Shown here: piece after piece, positions 1-14,275 of the stretch
How positions within the stretch are numbered: the stretch's first letter is position 1
Layout: every line of letters begins with the position of its first letter
From: Octopus vulgaris
Lineage: Eukaryota
NCBI GenBank assembly: GCA_951406725.2
Contig: OX597825.1
Coordinates: 47,616,001 to 47,680,000 of the forward strand
Reading direction: 5' to 3'
Length of the DNA stretch: 64,000 bases
Translations under genes and position numbers: made by a program
The notes under the pieces: model-generated
Told to the model about the DNA's origin: nothing
Seen by the model: only the letters and a program-made list of their open reading frames with translations
Database searches by the model: none

Positions 1-2190
1 TCCAGGTGCCGAGCCGCAAGCCCACTGACTTTTCCCGGTTAATTTTTGCTCCCGTCACCGCTTCGTATTCTTTTAGTGTCTCGCCGACCAGCTCGATGTG
101 CTCGTAGCTCGACACTATGACGGTGACGTCATCCGCGTATGCAGACACGCTCCTCCCGCATCCCAGCTCTCGTGGGATGCCCCTCAGCGTCGCCAGTTTC
201 CGTAGTAGTGGCTCAAGAGTCAGTACATACAGCAGCGATGAGAGGGGGCATCCCTGACGAACCGAACGCATGATGTTAAAAGGTCTGGATAGATGACCAT
301 TTACGCGAACTACTGAGCGGATGCCGCTGTATAAGGCAGCGATCCAACCGCGGAAAACTGGACCGAAACCAGCCGCTTTAAGGACAGCCTCCAAGTAGTG
401 ATGGTCTACCCTATCGAAGGCTTTTGATTGATCCAAATTGATCAGCGCCCCACCCATGCCAGGATTCTTAACTACCCTGTCTATGATGTAGCGCATCAGA
501 TGGAGGTTGTCATGAATACTTCTACCCGGCACGGCGCATGTTTGCGCCTTGTCGATTAGTTTCTTGATGACAAGCGCCAACCTCTCGGCTAACACCTTGG
601 CCAAAATTTTCATATCTGCGTTGAGCAGAGTGATGGGCCTGAAATTATCTATGACGTCCCCCTTGTTTGGGTCTTTCTTAATCAGTGCCACTGCTCCTCG
701 CTTTACAAAAGCAGGAATACTCCCGTTTTGCTGCCAGTTGCAGTAGACAGCTGCCAAGACGCCTCCAAACAAGTCTGGCATATGAAAATAAAGTTCGTAG
801 GGCAGACCATCCAAGCCTGGTGACTTGTCTCTCGCGCAGCCTACCATCGCATCCTGTACGTCCGCAGCTGTGATAGGCCTTTCACAAGACTCCACCTCCC
901 TTGCTGAGAGTCGTGGCAAGGCATGCAGGTAGGCACTAAAGTCCACTCTGCGTTCTGATTCACCACTTGTCCCAAACAGTTGGGTGAAGTGTTGTTGAAA
1001 AGCCCCACACATCCTTTTAGGCTCGAGCAATTCGCGCCCCTGTTCATCTATAAGAGACTTGATGGTGGCTCTGTTGCCTCGTTGCGTCTCCACCACTCGG
1101 GCATCTTGGGCGGCTCCAACTCCTTCGTTCCTCAGAGCACGCATCCTAGCTCTGACAACGCATCCCTCGTGTTTGGCGTTGAGGTGTTGGTCGAGGGCCA
1201 ATCTCGCCGCCAGCACGTTGGACGCGATGCCAGTTCTAAGTGCCTCTTCTAAAACCTTAACTAATTCTCCCTCTATTCTATTTCGGTCTAATGCTAGGGC
1301 TCTACTGTATCTGACTGATTCTGCTTTAATTGCTTTTTTTAGGGCATACCACCATCTGTTGTTGATGATGGTACCCGTCAAAGCTCTCTTAACTAATGTG
1401 CTGATACGGTCCCTGTAAACCTGTCGTGCTGTAAAAGACGCGTTCAGTTTCCAGTAACCAGGACCCTGCCTATGTGTCTTATCTAAGTCAAGTGTACAAG
1501 TCACAAACTTGTGATCTGTGTAACTGACTATATGAAATTGTGGACAACCTACACTATTTTTATCTATTGTCCTACAGAATACTCTATCTAAGTATGATCT
1601 GGACGACCCGATGCGGTTACTCATGTCCACATTGGCACATTCGGGTGGTCCAATCGGTACCTGTCAGACAGTTGGAAACGTCTGAGCAGGTCTTTGAGGC
1701 ATTTGCATCCCCTTCTATTGCTATCTCTGCCCACGTAGTCTAGATGCGTGTCCAGGGTGGCATTCCAATCCCCCACTAAAAGTAAAGGACGAGACGTTCC
1801 CATGAAAGACTCTAGACGTCGAAAGAAATCTGGTCGGCCTGTTAAGGACGGAGCATAAACTGCTATCAGTCGAAAAGCACACTCATTGCTGCCATCGACA
1901 TCCAAAACGACCAGCCTACCCTCCGGGTCTAGGAAATTTGCTCTTACTTTGAGATCCAGACTCTTCCGGATAAGCACCGCGGTGCCACCTCCGCCCATTC
2001 TCGGTAGACACGGAGAAAAATAAATGTTGAAATGTGTACCGAAAATGTGCTGGAGTGCCCGCAAGCTGTGGAGTCTGGTCTCACTGATGGCTATGATATT
2101 CAGATTTAGTGACTTGATGTCATTTAACAGGTAGCCTTGTTTCCAAGGCGACCCCAAACCACGTACATTTATACTGCCTATTCTGAGCAT
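1..2190 (-). pseudogene. LINE ORF2 (APE endonuclease + reverse transcriptase), disrupted
   Basis: Motifs MLRIGSINVRGL, IIAISET, LIAVYAP, VGDWNA, YLDR, TDHK, RPITLLN, LDQSKAFDRVDH, VRQGCPLS, AYADDV. Premature TGA at 1621-1623 replaces a likely Trp codon. Confidence 0.9.
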
Positions 2191-2256
2191 GTTCCGATAA
2201 AATTGTGTTTTACACACGAAAAGAAAGTGCAAAAAAGGAAAGAGAGAGAGAAAAGG

Positions 2257-4315
2257 TTACTTGTTGTTCGAAAGTCCTTTGTCTTTCACCTCACGGTCTT
2301 CTTCTATGAGGCTTTTGTACAGTTTTTTCGATGAATACTTTTGAAATCTCCCTACTGCATCAGGGTAAAGAGATTTCAGGGTGCTGTATGTGTTCTGTGT
2401 TGCGTGTATTATTTTAATGTGTTGTGGTGGTGTTGTGCGTGGGTGGTTACTTGTTTTTATGTCGTTTTCAGTTATGTTGGTGTTTGACCTAATGTGTTCC
2501 ATTAGGTCGTGGTTGTTTGTGTTTATGGCTGTCAACATTGTTGGGGGGTTTGATGATGGTGTGTTTGTGTTGATGTGTTTGTTTTCTGTGGATGTTTTTG
2601 TTTCGGGAGTGGTGTATCTTCCTGCTTTGTTTGTTATTTTTTCTTTTCTTTTTTTCCCCTTTTTCTTCTCCCCCCTGTGGCTATTTGCCAATCTTCCGTG
2701 TCTTCTTCGTCTAATGACAAATCATACGAATCAGAGCTTGGAAGAGGGAAAATATTGGGGTCTATTGTAGACTGTGTTGATTTTGTTGTTGGTGTTGGTT
2801 GGTGAGCATTTGGTTGTGGTGTATGCGGTTTTGGAGGTGGGGTGTGGGTATTTTGTGTTTGAGTGATTGTAGGTATTGTTGTGTTGTTTGGGGTCTCAAT
2901 TTTGTGGGGATTTGGAGTTGTAATTGTTTCTTCATTTTCGCTGAGTGTCTTTTTGGCAGATGTCCTTGGTTTGGGAGTTGGTTTATTCTTGGTTGTTGTT
3001 GTTGGTGATGTTGCTTCTGTTCTTGGTGCTGCAGTTGGTGTGGTTGTTTGGTTGGTGAGGTTTGTTCGTGCTAAACGTGGTGTGGGTAGTAAACCTGGTT
3101 TAATTGTTTTTTCCGGCTGCTGTTGGTGTTGCTGTTGTTTTCTTGCGGCAGATTTGCAGTCTTTTTTTAGGTGTTGCTCACTGCCGCATATGTAGCAACG
3201 TGGTTTTCTGCCATCGACGACCACATACAACTTGTGGTCTTCTGATACACATATCTGGGTGGGTATTTTTTTATGTCTTCTTGATTTACGTGTAGTAGAA
3301 ATTCTACTTTTTTCCCACCCAGTTTTTGTGCTCCGTGACCGTGGTTTCCAAAATAGTGAAATTTGTCATTTTTACACATAAGGCCTTTACTAGCCATAGA
3401 TTATTGGCTATTTTGGGGACATTGTTTAAAGTGATCTTAGTCACTTTCTGTCCCCGATAACTTGGTGTTAGTGTAAGTTCATCTGAATGAAGAGTTAGCG
3501 TTGAGAAACGTCTTGCTAACTCTTCAGTGTGGAAAACCACTTTTATGTGGGCGAACTTGTTCCACCAGGTCACATAGTCTTTGTAGTTCCAGATGGGTTT
3601 CAAGCATTTTTCTATTTTGCTTGTGTTAGCGTTCTCTGGGCTTTTTGTTTTCTTATTAATTATTTTATAAATAATTGTTCTTTTTTTTTTCATCTTCCAA
3701 TATTTCTTCTGGTATGTTTATCTTCACTATACCATCTAATTCTGTTATTGTAATGTTTGTGTCTTGTATTTGTTGAGCAGTAAAATATACTGTTGTTTTT
3801 TTTCTTTAATCGCCTCAGCGAAATTTGTTGTTGTTTTGTTATTGTTGTTGCTGGTGGTGATGTTGTTGTTGGCTGCAGTTTGTAAAATTGGTGTGTTTGG
3901 TTCGATTGTGCAAGTAGGAAGGGGGTGGAAAATTATTTTCATAATTTATCCCTGTATTCGAGCAGCTTTTGTCAATTTGTTTGGTGGTTACAGTTTTTTG
4001 TTTATTCACTTCAGTTCTTGTTGTTGGAGTAAAACAGGTCTGAACGGAATTGTCGTTGTTGTTGTTTTTGTTGTTGGTGGTGGTGTCAGTGGCAGAAGAG
4101 ACAGCCGAGGCAGCAGATGTCGAAATGGTGGCGCAATTTTTATTTTTGTTGTCATTGTTATTGTTGTTGCTGTTGGTAGTTGAGGTAGTGGATGAGGTGG
4201 CGGCGGTGGTGGTGGTGGTGAAGGCGGTGGTGGTAACAGTAGAAGTCTCTATGTTGCTCTTGCTAGTGGCGGTGTTGGTGACAGGGCTGTTACTACACGT
4301 AGTAGTAGCGTTCAT
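2257..4315 (-). pseudogene. LINE ORF1 (gag-like RNA-binding protein), frameshifted
   Basis: Split over ORFs 3839-4525, 3745-3942, 3304-3693, 2634-3230 and 2257-2691. Zinc knuckle CYICGSEQHLKKDC, T/N-rich and P/T-rich low-complexity segments, directly upstream of ORF2. Confidence 0.8.
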
Positions 4316-4638
4316 TGCAAATTCATTGATAATTTTACTTTGCGCGCAAAATTCTTTTTTTTCTCCTAGCGTTTCCAGTCTAGGAGAAAGCTGGTCGATA
4401 AAGGAACGCGACCATCGTTCTACAATACAATTTCTTGACATTTTGAAAATGTCTAGAAAGAAATTACAAAAATTAAATGGGGTTGAAACTGCCCCTAGGG
4501 GCGAATTCCTCCCTTGGAAAAGCACTCAAACGAAAGTTGGGTGCCTTACACAACTTATTTACAAAAATGTACACAAAAATTGGCCTATAAATAGTCAAAA
4601 TAAACAATTACCTTCGGAGTCGAAGAGACAGCACGTCC

Positions 4639-4646
4639 ATAGACAG

Positions 4647-4719
<73 letters not shown>
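4639..4719. repeat. (TAGA)n/(TCTA)n microsatellite between two LINE copies
   Basis: Pure gata run seen directly. Confidence 0.95.
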
Positions 4720-5577
4720 TGTTTCTTTATTAGCCACACAGGGCTGCACACAGATAGAACAAATTACAAGGTAGAGCTTTTCTTTTGGGGGTAAAAAAAA
4801 GGGGGGGGTTCGATCAAAAGGGATCGTAAAAGGAAAGAAAGAGGACAAAAAAGGGAGGGGTTTAAAAAAAAGGGGGAGAGGAAAAAAAATTGATCAATAG
4901 GGATCGTTATCACAGAAATGTCAATATGAAGTGTAAAGGGGAGGACAGGTGAGGTTTACCCGTGGAAAGAAAAGCCTACGGAAAAGACCACGATAACCTC
5001 GGTCAATGAAGTCACATGTTATATTTCCTTTTTTTTTTTTTTATCAAATAAGCAACTCTCTGTATTAAATTTTACGGTTCATAGAATCATAGTCAAGGTG
5101 GCTTCGTCATTCATACGTGCCATCCTTGCTACTTTCACCCATCTTTTTTTAAAACATTCACTAGACAAAACTTGTCTCTCTACCCTCACTTTCCTCTTCA
5201 AGTGATACTTGAAGAAGTTGATGAGAGATTGATCAGAGTGGAAAGTGTTTGTCTCTAATCCTTTCAGGCGCGTCCACCAGATACATTCTTTCGCCATAGC
5301 CACAAGTATGATAAAAATAGCTCTTCCTTCCCGTTTGAAGGAAGGAGGCGTGACGATATTAACGATAGACTCGGCTGATAAACCGACACGTCCCACACGT
5401 GACAGCAGTCGTTCGACATAAGCCCACAGGTGGGAAATTGCTGGACACTGCACGATTGCGTGCAGAGCGGTTTCGTCGCTCTGCCCGCATCTCGGGCAGG
5501 TCGGCCCCGTGTTTCTCGAGCCATGCCTATAGAGCTTATCCCGAACGGGTAGCGCTTCTCGGTAGCACCGCCAGGCC

Positions 5578-5579
<2 letters not shown>
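4720..5579 (-). mobile_element. Tx1-clade LINE, copy 2, 5'-truncated (C-terminal zinc finger + 3' UTR)
   Basis: CPRCGQSDETALHAIVQC motif, stop at 5079, 3' UTR with AATAAA at 4726-4731. Near-identical to 21167-22002. Confidence 0.92.

Positions 5580-5670
<91 letters not shown>
5580..5670. repeat. (TAGA)n followed by (GA)n microsatellite
   Basis: Seen directly. Confidence 0.95.
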
Positions 5671-5671
<1 letters not shown>

Positions 5672-8232
5672 GCAGCAAAACTAGTACATACATGTAATTT
5701 TATTGAATATTAGATATTGTACAATATCTCCACACTTTAATGAAGCTCACCACCTTGCTTTTTGAACCCTACTACCAGTTACGGTGAAAGGGAGTTGAAT
5801 CACAGCTACATTAACATCATACTTAGTATCTTACATATGTATTTTACCTAGAAACAATTTGCTCTAAGTTTTTCCCAGTGTTTTATACAATATCGTCAGA
5901 AAATGATAGACAAGTGGCATTCCTTAGCACCGTCAATAAATTACCCCATGTTACATACACAAGCAGACGCTTATGTGTGTGTGTGTGTGTGTGTGCGTGT
6001 GTGAATAGTGTGATGTATTGAAAGTGCTAAGGAATGTAGCTTTTTATCATTTTACCTATCAATTTGTTTATCTATATTTCCCATTCTCTCCATATGTGTG
6101 AGCGTTTTTGATGCTGTTGTTTTCTTGTTCGGTACTGAATGGTGTGTAGCTTCAGGCTGGTCAACATTTGTCGCTATAGGTAGATAATCTAATAAAATTC
6201 TAGGTGTGATATCCATAATGATATCCATAACATCATTAAAGCCTTTCTTTAGCTAAGAACCATTGTATACAACTCGATATGCAGTTTTTAATCACACGGT
6301 TAATGTCCAATTTTTCATGTGTGTGACTGTCACATCGACTTCTAATGATCATGTGGGTTGTATTGAGGCGTTGCTATACCTTGTTTTCGGTTTTGATATT
6401 TGGATGAATACAGATGATTTCACGTTTTATATTTCATATTTTCTTCTGTGGTTAATTTGCTAAAGTTAAGTGTTATTTCTGTTGCTTCTAATGCTAGTGT
6501 GTTGTATTTGTCTTGTTTTTATCAGGTTGACTGTTGTACATCTATTCAACAATTAATTCTAGATACTTCCAAACATAACCCACAATATATCAAAATATAT
6601 TTACATAATTACACACCCGTGATTGCCAGTGTGTTACTATTGAATTTTCCCTACCTTAATTAAATGTCATTTTCTGGAGATATAGCTCCACTATTTAATT
6701 TGTGAATAAGTCTTCGCTTTGTTTATTGATATGTGTTTTGATATTAAAAGATACATGCATATGATAGCTAGTTGGTTAAAGTGATGTTTAGAGATGAGAT
6801 ATTGTGGAAATTAATTGTCATTTTATTATGTAACTTCTATTTTTGTCTGTGTTTTTATATAATATTGTACTGTGATGACGACGCAAGTTAGGGTGTAAGC
6901 GGGTGTCTTGTAGATAAGTTACATGGTGGTTTGTTTTATAAGGTTGGTACATTCATATTTTTAGCGTCAGCTCACTTTGTATGGAATGCTTAAATGTCTA
7001 CTTGTAGTTATTTTTTGTTTTTATATATTCTATGTAACCCATTCTCCACCACCACCACCACCACCACCACAACGACTTGACCCATTCTGCTTGTCTGGAA
7101 CGTTTGGGGGCGTTCAAGGCGTCCTATAATGAGCCAGTAACACTGGTTCCGATGTTATAATAATAGACATGGCGTGTATAATCACCAAAGCTTCGGTTTC
7201 ATAAAGGTGTTATTTTCCAGCATGTTCAGGAAACGTGATATGTTTATTTCGTATAGATTTTCTACTTCCGTTTTGGGTATGGAATTGTTGAGTTTTCACG
7301 TGTTGGTTATGCCTTACGAACACGATATTATGGCGATTTTCTTTGTTTTTGTTAGTGATGTTTATTTAAGGTTTCATACTTTCAGTGGTGTATTCATATG
7401 TAAGAGAGTATTTTGTAGGTGTGTATCACTTTTTAAAAGATTTTACATTCTGCTTCATGTACAGAAGTCAGCTTTGGATTAATTCTGTATTTGATTTTGA
7501 ACCGAACCTCGGTCAGTTAGATTACATTTGTCCACAGTGGCAAACATTCAAACACACCTATCCAACCATTCATACATGGATATAGAGATACATACATACA
7601 TACATACATACATACATACATACATACATACATAAATACACGCATACACACATATATATATACATGTACTTATGTGAATGTGTGTGTGTGTGCGCGCGTG
7701 TGCATATAACCAGGCAGACATAGAAACGCATTTGCGCACACGCACCTTTTTACATAATATAACCAAATTTGAATGCATGAGTAGCATACATACATGCGCG
7801 CATGCGGCTTTCCAACCGTATATGCTTAAGGGTGCACTTATTTGCCAAATAGCGACAACGACAGGGGATAGGTGCAATGTGACCAACCTAGTGTGGTTGA
7901 TTCGAACCTGCTGACAATAAGTATAATTCTCGCGGGTCTTCAAAATTCGATTTATTTTTAAATCCTTTTCTTACCATATTCCTTTGAAAATACGCTATCC
8001 TTGATTCACTTAATATTGAAAATAATGAAGAATTTAGTAATATAATTATTAGACTGGTGTGCGGAAACAAACATAAACTTATATAAGATTTTAATTCAGA
8101 TCTCTCTTAATAGGAAGTTTGTATCGTAGAATTACTAGGGATTTGTGGCACCAGTGGATTGGTTTCAAATATTTCTTAAAATAATAATGAATCTTTGCCT
8201 ACTATTTGTAAGTATGCTTGTGTTTGTATGTG

Positions 8233-8271
<39 letters not shown>

Positions 8272-8273
<2 letters not shown>

Positions 8274-8760
8274 CTGCTATCCTGTCCTTTCTCGCCCGCC
8301 TTCTAAGGCTACTGGTCGACATCTTCCTCTCTCGTCGTCCACTATAATCCAGCGTTTGCAATACTTTTTTCGTCTGGCGTTAACAGCCCTTCTTATCTTG
8401 TTCTCCTTGTCCTGTCTCTCACTGTTATATATTTATTTTTCCACTGTTTATATATATATTTTTTACTGTTTATATGTTTGTACTGTCGTTACCGTCTTGC
8501 TTTTTTTACCCCTCTGCGAAAAGATCTCAGAATTTTAATTGATTTGCTTTTCTCAGGAAGGAATTTTTCTTCGAAGTATACGTCTCGCTTTTATCCTTCG
8601 AAACGTTTAGTAGATGAAACTTTAGCGACTGAAGAAGGGGATTTTTCGTTGTGCTTATTGTCCTGTATCTCCTTTTTTTTGCCTGTCTTGTTCCTTGGTT
8701 TGTGTCTATGTTTTTCGTCTCTCTATGAGTTCGACGTCTTTTTGGTGTCCTGTACACATA
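8272..8760 (+). mobile_element. Non-autonomous PLE-like/retrozyme-like repeat next to (TA)n
   Basis: Pyrimidine-rich body. Stem GAAGGA..TCCTTC-GAAACGTT followed by GACTGAAGAAGGGG..TTCG, the same layout as in the 846-bp array unit. Confidence 0.35.
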
Positions 8761-9256
8761 TATGCGTGTATATGTACATGTAGAGGTAGGTACGTACATA
8801 TATGTTTATATATATGCATATATTTTATTAACATATATATGTATATATATATATTCACACACACGCGCACACAAATACGCACACATACACACACACTTAC
8901 ACACACACACACACACACACGTATCAGTCATCAATTGTCCATAAATCAGAGAAAGCACACTCTAACAGGAATTTTATGTAGTGGAGTAGTATATCATTGG
9001 TTATGGCATATAACTGGTCGTTACAGTTAGTCGAAGACGACTCATCACATCTGTTAGTCGGAAGCACATAGTATTTTTTCCTGATGGAGATAAATATACA
9101 GTATTGGCCAGTTTGGTGTTGAAAAGAAAACGGAAACAAATCCTTTCTGAGAGGGAAACAAGAGTCAAATCCCCTCGAACGGTTCTAGATGTATAGCTGA
9201 GAGAGTAGAATCACTTGTTAACAGGAATGCATTTATTACCATCAAGGATCATGGGC

Positions 9257-9385
9257 CGAACTTCGCCTCCAACTTAACCTCCAACTTCGCTTCCAACTTC
9301 GCCTCCAACTTCACCTCCACCTTTGCCTCCGCCTTCACCTCCAGCTTCGCTTCTAGCTTCGCCTCTCACTTCGCCTTCAGCTTCA
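9257..9385. repeat. 12-bp minisatellite (ACTTCGCCTCCA)n
   Basis: About 10 degenerate units; reads EVGG/EAGG on the minus strand. Confidence 0.75.
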
Positions 9386-10026
9386 GCTCTAAGGGCTGCC
9401 TGATTAACCCCAACTAAATCGAATGCGCTGTCGTAAAATACTTTGGTTTCCCCCACCCTTCTCACTCAACGTCAAAATTTGAGTAGGTAGTAGATAAGCA
9501 TTTCCCACATTCCCACAGATACAAAAGATTATTCTGTAGTCATAACTTAAGGGCACGTTGAGCAGAGCGCCTTGTGCCAAAAAGAGTAAAAGAGAACGCC
9601 TCAAAATCCTGCACAAAGGCAGGAATCTCAAGTAGGGTTAACAGTGAGTACTCAGTGGATTGTCAGTGCAACACAGAGGCTGAGGTCTATGAAGCAGAAG
9701 TGGTGTTCAACAGTAGCAGCAACAAAAACAGCGGCAACAAGAGCTACACACACATGGAAATACATCGGAGCAAGGAAAGACTCCTTTAATACCAGGCTAA
9801 ATAACCAGACTCTCTTTTAGGATTCCAGAGAGGCGCAACGTTAGCCAGCAATATATGAGGATTAAAAGAAGAGCGAAGTGATAACTTATTTCGGTGATGC
9901 GCTTCACCATGTTTTACCAATTGTTTTTCCCTTACTTAAATTCTTTATAAAACTGATGTTGACACAAACCATTATGGAAATAATAGTTTCAGAGGATGTG
10001 TGCGTGTACGTGCGCGCGCGCGTGTT

Positions 10027-10083
<57 letters not shown>

Positions 10084-10315
10084 CAGGAGACGATTCTTTT
10101 AAATTTTTCTTTCAAGTATTCGTATTTTGTATATTTCATCGAAAATCAATACATGAATTAGTGAAACAGAGTATGAAATGGATAACTAAGAAGTAAACCA
10201 GTATAGTTCTTATATGGCTATTCATTCTTGTTGACACAAGAATAAACTACTCGGCTAACAATGGGAGCTGAAAAGGTTCATAAGATGTCACATGTAATAA
10301 AGTATCGTGTTAGTG

Positions 10316-12546
10316 TAGAGTTTCCCAACCAAGAGTGCGAGTAGCCAGCCTTGCAGTCAGGCACATGAATTTGTATAATACCCTCCTGTGTTTTTTTTGT
10401 TTTCTCTTGCAACAAATTGTAAGAGAAAACAAATATTTTGTTAAAAGAATGGGAAAATAATATATCGTGATATCTGGCTGCCTCCAGAAGAATACATTAA
10501 CAAATTGATTTGCAACCAACAATAGCAAAGTGCGAAAAACGATAGTTGTGAAAGTACAGCATATGGGACGCCTTTGATCACACATACTAGAGAAAATTAC
10601 ATTAACAAAGCGATTTGCAAATAACAATTGTCATCAGTTCAGTCGTGACTATTGTTTCACGACAATTTAAAAAAAAATTCATTTACCTAAACGGCTGATT
10701 GCGATAACTTTGTTATCTGTTTATTTTGTGGGATATCACTTTGAATATTATATAATTGTGGGTAGCATAGCTTTTTTAAACCATTTTTTTTTTTGTGTTC
10801 AAATTAAATTAGTGTAGCCCAGCTTAAAGCCTACAGTTACATTCGGGAATTAGAATCCAGCAGCTGTCGCCGTGGTTATGCATGTTTTCCCAGGTTTTTT
10901 GTTTTTTATTAATAGTATTATTATTACACTTATTCTTGGATTTAATGGTATTATTGTCAGTGCATTATGTTCCCTGTTTTCTTCCAATCGACCTTATCCA
11001 TATTTTTATTTCAGCTACCAGAACATAATTGAATCATATTAACCCTTCATCATGTCAAAAAGGAAAGTTGGGGGTGGAATGATGACTATATGCATTTTGG
11101 TTTCACTTGTACAAGAAAAACCCGAGGATTTGCAAAAGCTACAGTGCATGCTTTGTGATACTGTGTTTTCCCATGCAAGTTCGAAGCCTTCTAAGCAAGA
11201 ACACTTCAACAATGTGAAGAGCATGGTGGAGCCGATGCTGTAGGCCATGATGCTTAATCGTTGAAAGCATGATTTAGCTATCTATATTATTGACTCTGTG
11301 TGTACTGACGGTGACCCTGTTATGTTAGGAAATAAATCTGGATGTTTTGCACCGATGCAAGACACTAATTTTTCCTTCATCGTCATGCTTTTGCGTCGAA
11401 AACATTGCCCCCAAATTTGAAGAAAGTCCTCGACACTTCTGTAAAGACCATCAACTGGATCAGTTGTTGTGCTCTGAACCTCTGCCTCTTTAAGTCGATT
11501 TGTGAAGATCTTGGAAATGAACATACAATTTTGCTTTTCGCTAGCTTTCACGTAGGAGAGCTTTAACTCGCTTCTTTGAATTGCGAGAAGAAATCAGAGC
11601 TTTTCTGGAGGAACGTGACCATGATTTGCTTGAGGAATTGGGATCACAAGAATTCAATCAAATACTAGCTTATTTAACAGACATTTTCACTCGTATGAAT
11701 GATCTGAGTCTATCTATTCAAAGAAAAAACATAAACATATTGAAATGCTGTGAAAAGCTAAAATGCTTTCAAAGAAAAGTTATCTCTTTTGTGCCGATGA
11801 GTGAAAAGAGATCTTTCAAATTTTCCATCACTTGAAGAAATGGTCGATGGCAATGAATCGATAATTCCTAGAGTGTGTGAAGAAATTGTAGCTCATTTAT
11901 AAATGTTGTCAAAGCCGTTTGATGGATATATTGCAGCAGAAAAAACTGGAAACTTCTAAAGAATGGATTATGAATCCATACTCCTTCAAATTGGATAATA
12001 TGTTGGATGATGGAGAGCTGAAGGAGGATCTTATTCAACTGCGTGCAAAACTTTGGAAGAGTATTGGTGTTCGGCAATGGATGCTTTGTGAAAAAGCTGC
12101 ACTCAATCTCATTTGCGACGACATACTAATGTGAGTTTAGATTTAGTACTCCTTTGCCAACGAAGACAAAATCTATAAATCGCATGAATGCAAAGGCAGA
12201 CATGAAGATTGTTATCAGCAACATAGTGCCACGTTTTGAAGAACTCATGACCAAGAAATAGGAACAAAAGCGTCGTTAAATTTAAATTCGTTCTTTCGAT
12301 TTTGATTTCATAAAAATAAAATTTGTTACAATAAAATTTATTTTTATTTGTTATAATATTTTTTCTTGACCATGTTCCATTTCTGTTAACATATTATTGA
12401 AAAATTAGATAATATACAATATGTTGCTCAAATTTAGCATAAGTTCACCTTCTTTATAGTTAAATTATTAATTTTTTTAAGCGGTGCAAAGATATCTTAA
12501 AAACTTTTTAGGGGTTGCAGGCATAACAAAAGTTTGGGAACCACTA
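10316..12546 (+). mobile_element. hAT DNA transposon (Buster/Charlie, ZBED5-like transposase), decayed
   Basis: TIRs TAGAGTTTCCCAA / TTGGGAACCACTA. 8-bp TSD TGTTAGTG (10308-10315) vs TGTTGGTG (12547-12554), with central TA in the left copy. Transposase remnants MSKRK, CMLCDTVFSHASSKPSK, CTDGDPVMLG, LAYLTDIFTRMNDLSLSIQ. Confidence 0.85.
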
Positions 12547-14275
12547 TGTTGGTGGGACAAACTGCCAATCCTTGTTAGATAGCATGGACATAGCATGAAG
12601 ACAAGATCAGATTTTGTAATGGAACCAAAATGCGATATCAATAAAATAATACTGTATAGTCAGAAGTTACTTCTTGTAGCTTGGATGTCCTGATTAAGTA
12701 AGCATAGACATTAATTATAGTAACAGCTTATTAACGGGGAAGTTCACCTCTAAAACATATCCGTTCACCATTAAGAAAAAGGATTTTACATTACAAATAT
12801 GCCAGTATTAGTTTATTAAATTTCTTAGCCAGCAAAAAATGTTTTAAAGTACATGTACGTAAGTCTTCTCTTACAACGAACACACAAAATTCATCTATAT
12901 ATGAATTTCATCTACTTACATTTCATTTACAAGTTGTTGTTTTGTTACAGAGCTTGTTGTGAAGAGCAAAGCTTTTATGTTGTAGGTTGTTCCAGTCTTC
13001 AAACTTCGATGCATAATGATGTAGAAACTAAGATTATTTTTTTGAATAATGATAGTTGTTTGAAAACGATGTAAGAAGAAATAATAAAACAGAAGAGAAA
13101 AAGGTTCTAGGCTTGGTAAAATCCACGCGTAAAAGGATTTTCTGATATTTCTGTAGAAATTTCTGTATTCATATTTTAAAGAGTAAAATTCGTGTAGTAT
13201 TTTTTGAGGCAAGAAACTGTTGATATATTTGAAATAAGTAATCATTAATAACTTGGTTATAGAAATGAATTCCAATGCCAGTACACAGAAAGAAGAATTT
13301 GTCTTCGAAATATGAACACATAGTGACGAATGTCTGAGTGTGAGAGCTCAGTATGAAAGCTATGTAGCTGCAGGAGTGTTTAATTTAGGAATCTTAAAGT
13401 TCTTGTACGACTTTTGGAATATTTTTACTTTAAGTGATATAATATAGATCTTGTCTTGTAATTCCAAAAACAAAATTAACGTTAGAGATAATTGGCTACT
13501 CTTCTTCAAACTACCTGCGAAGAAAGATCACAAAATATCACTCATTCGGGCTTCTGAAGAAAGCATTAAAATATGTAGGATTCTGTAAAGTTTTGTTTGC
13601 AGAAAAGCACGCGTTCTTATTACTAGTGATATTTTCTAATTTTCCATCTTAGTTTTCTCTTTATGTCAACCATATAAATAACATATTTTTCGTTTTCATT
13701 GGTAAATTGATTAATAAAAAGTGACTTCATCAAAGGCATAAACATCTTTCACGATCTCACAGCGACTTTTCGGCAGGATTAAGTAGCAAGCAGAAAAGAA
13801 ATACGGAATGGTACATGCCCATCATATTGATTTATAGCTGTCATATTGATGTGGATTAAAAAAAAGTTAGGTAGAAGCCTTGTATTCATTTACTTTAGCC
13901 CTTACAGACTCTGCTGACAGCCGAAACTGAGCATTGGTTAGAGGTGTTATTCTTTTAGAGAAGCGGGGAGCCCAGCGGGAATAAATAGCAAACGAAACCG
14001 TAATCAAAGATAGGTACTGTTTATTAGAAGAGAGGGGTATTTTCAGTGGAGATGGGATTAAGATGCAACTCTTCAAGCCTAATTGTTCACCTGGAATATA
14101 GGTTAATTTAGATGAAAATTAAAATTCATCGTTAACAGTGTATTTAAGATTTACAAGCGTTTGATTATGTTCCTCTTTGTTATTACCTTATTTTATGACT
14201 TCATCTGAATTGGTATACGTGCTTTCTAACTTATTTTCACGTATAAGGTTTTCTAAAATTCATTAAATATACCAC

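Larger units (their letters stand above)
1..4638 (-). mobile_element. Tx1/L1-clade LINE, copy 1 (5' end intact, 3' part runs off the window)
   Basis: 5' UTR, then frameshifted ORF1 with CCHC knuckle, then ORF2 with APE endonuclease and RT motifs. The 5' end abuts a (TCTA)n tract at ~4640. Confidence 0.92.

Noticed and set aside
4050-4652. 200-aa + strand ORF and other antisense ORFs over LINE ORF1
   Set aside because: Shadow frames of the low-complexity minus-strand ORF1.
7120-7160. ATAATGA-GCCAG-TAACA-CTGGT hairpin resembling an HHR stem II
   Set aside because: No CUGA, no GAAA and no stem III; too degenerate to call.
12916-14076. 119-aa and 69-aa minus-strand ORFs
   Set aside because: Non-ATG starts, AT-rich, no motifs or convincing splice signals.
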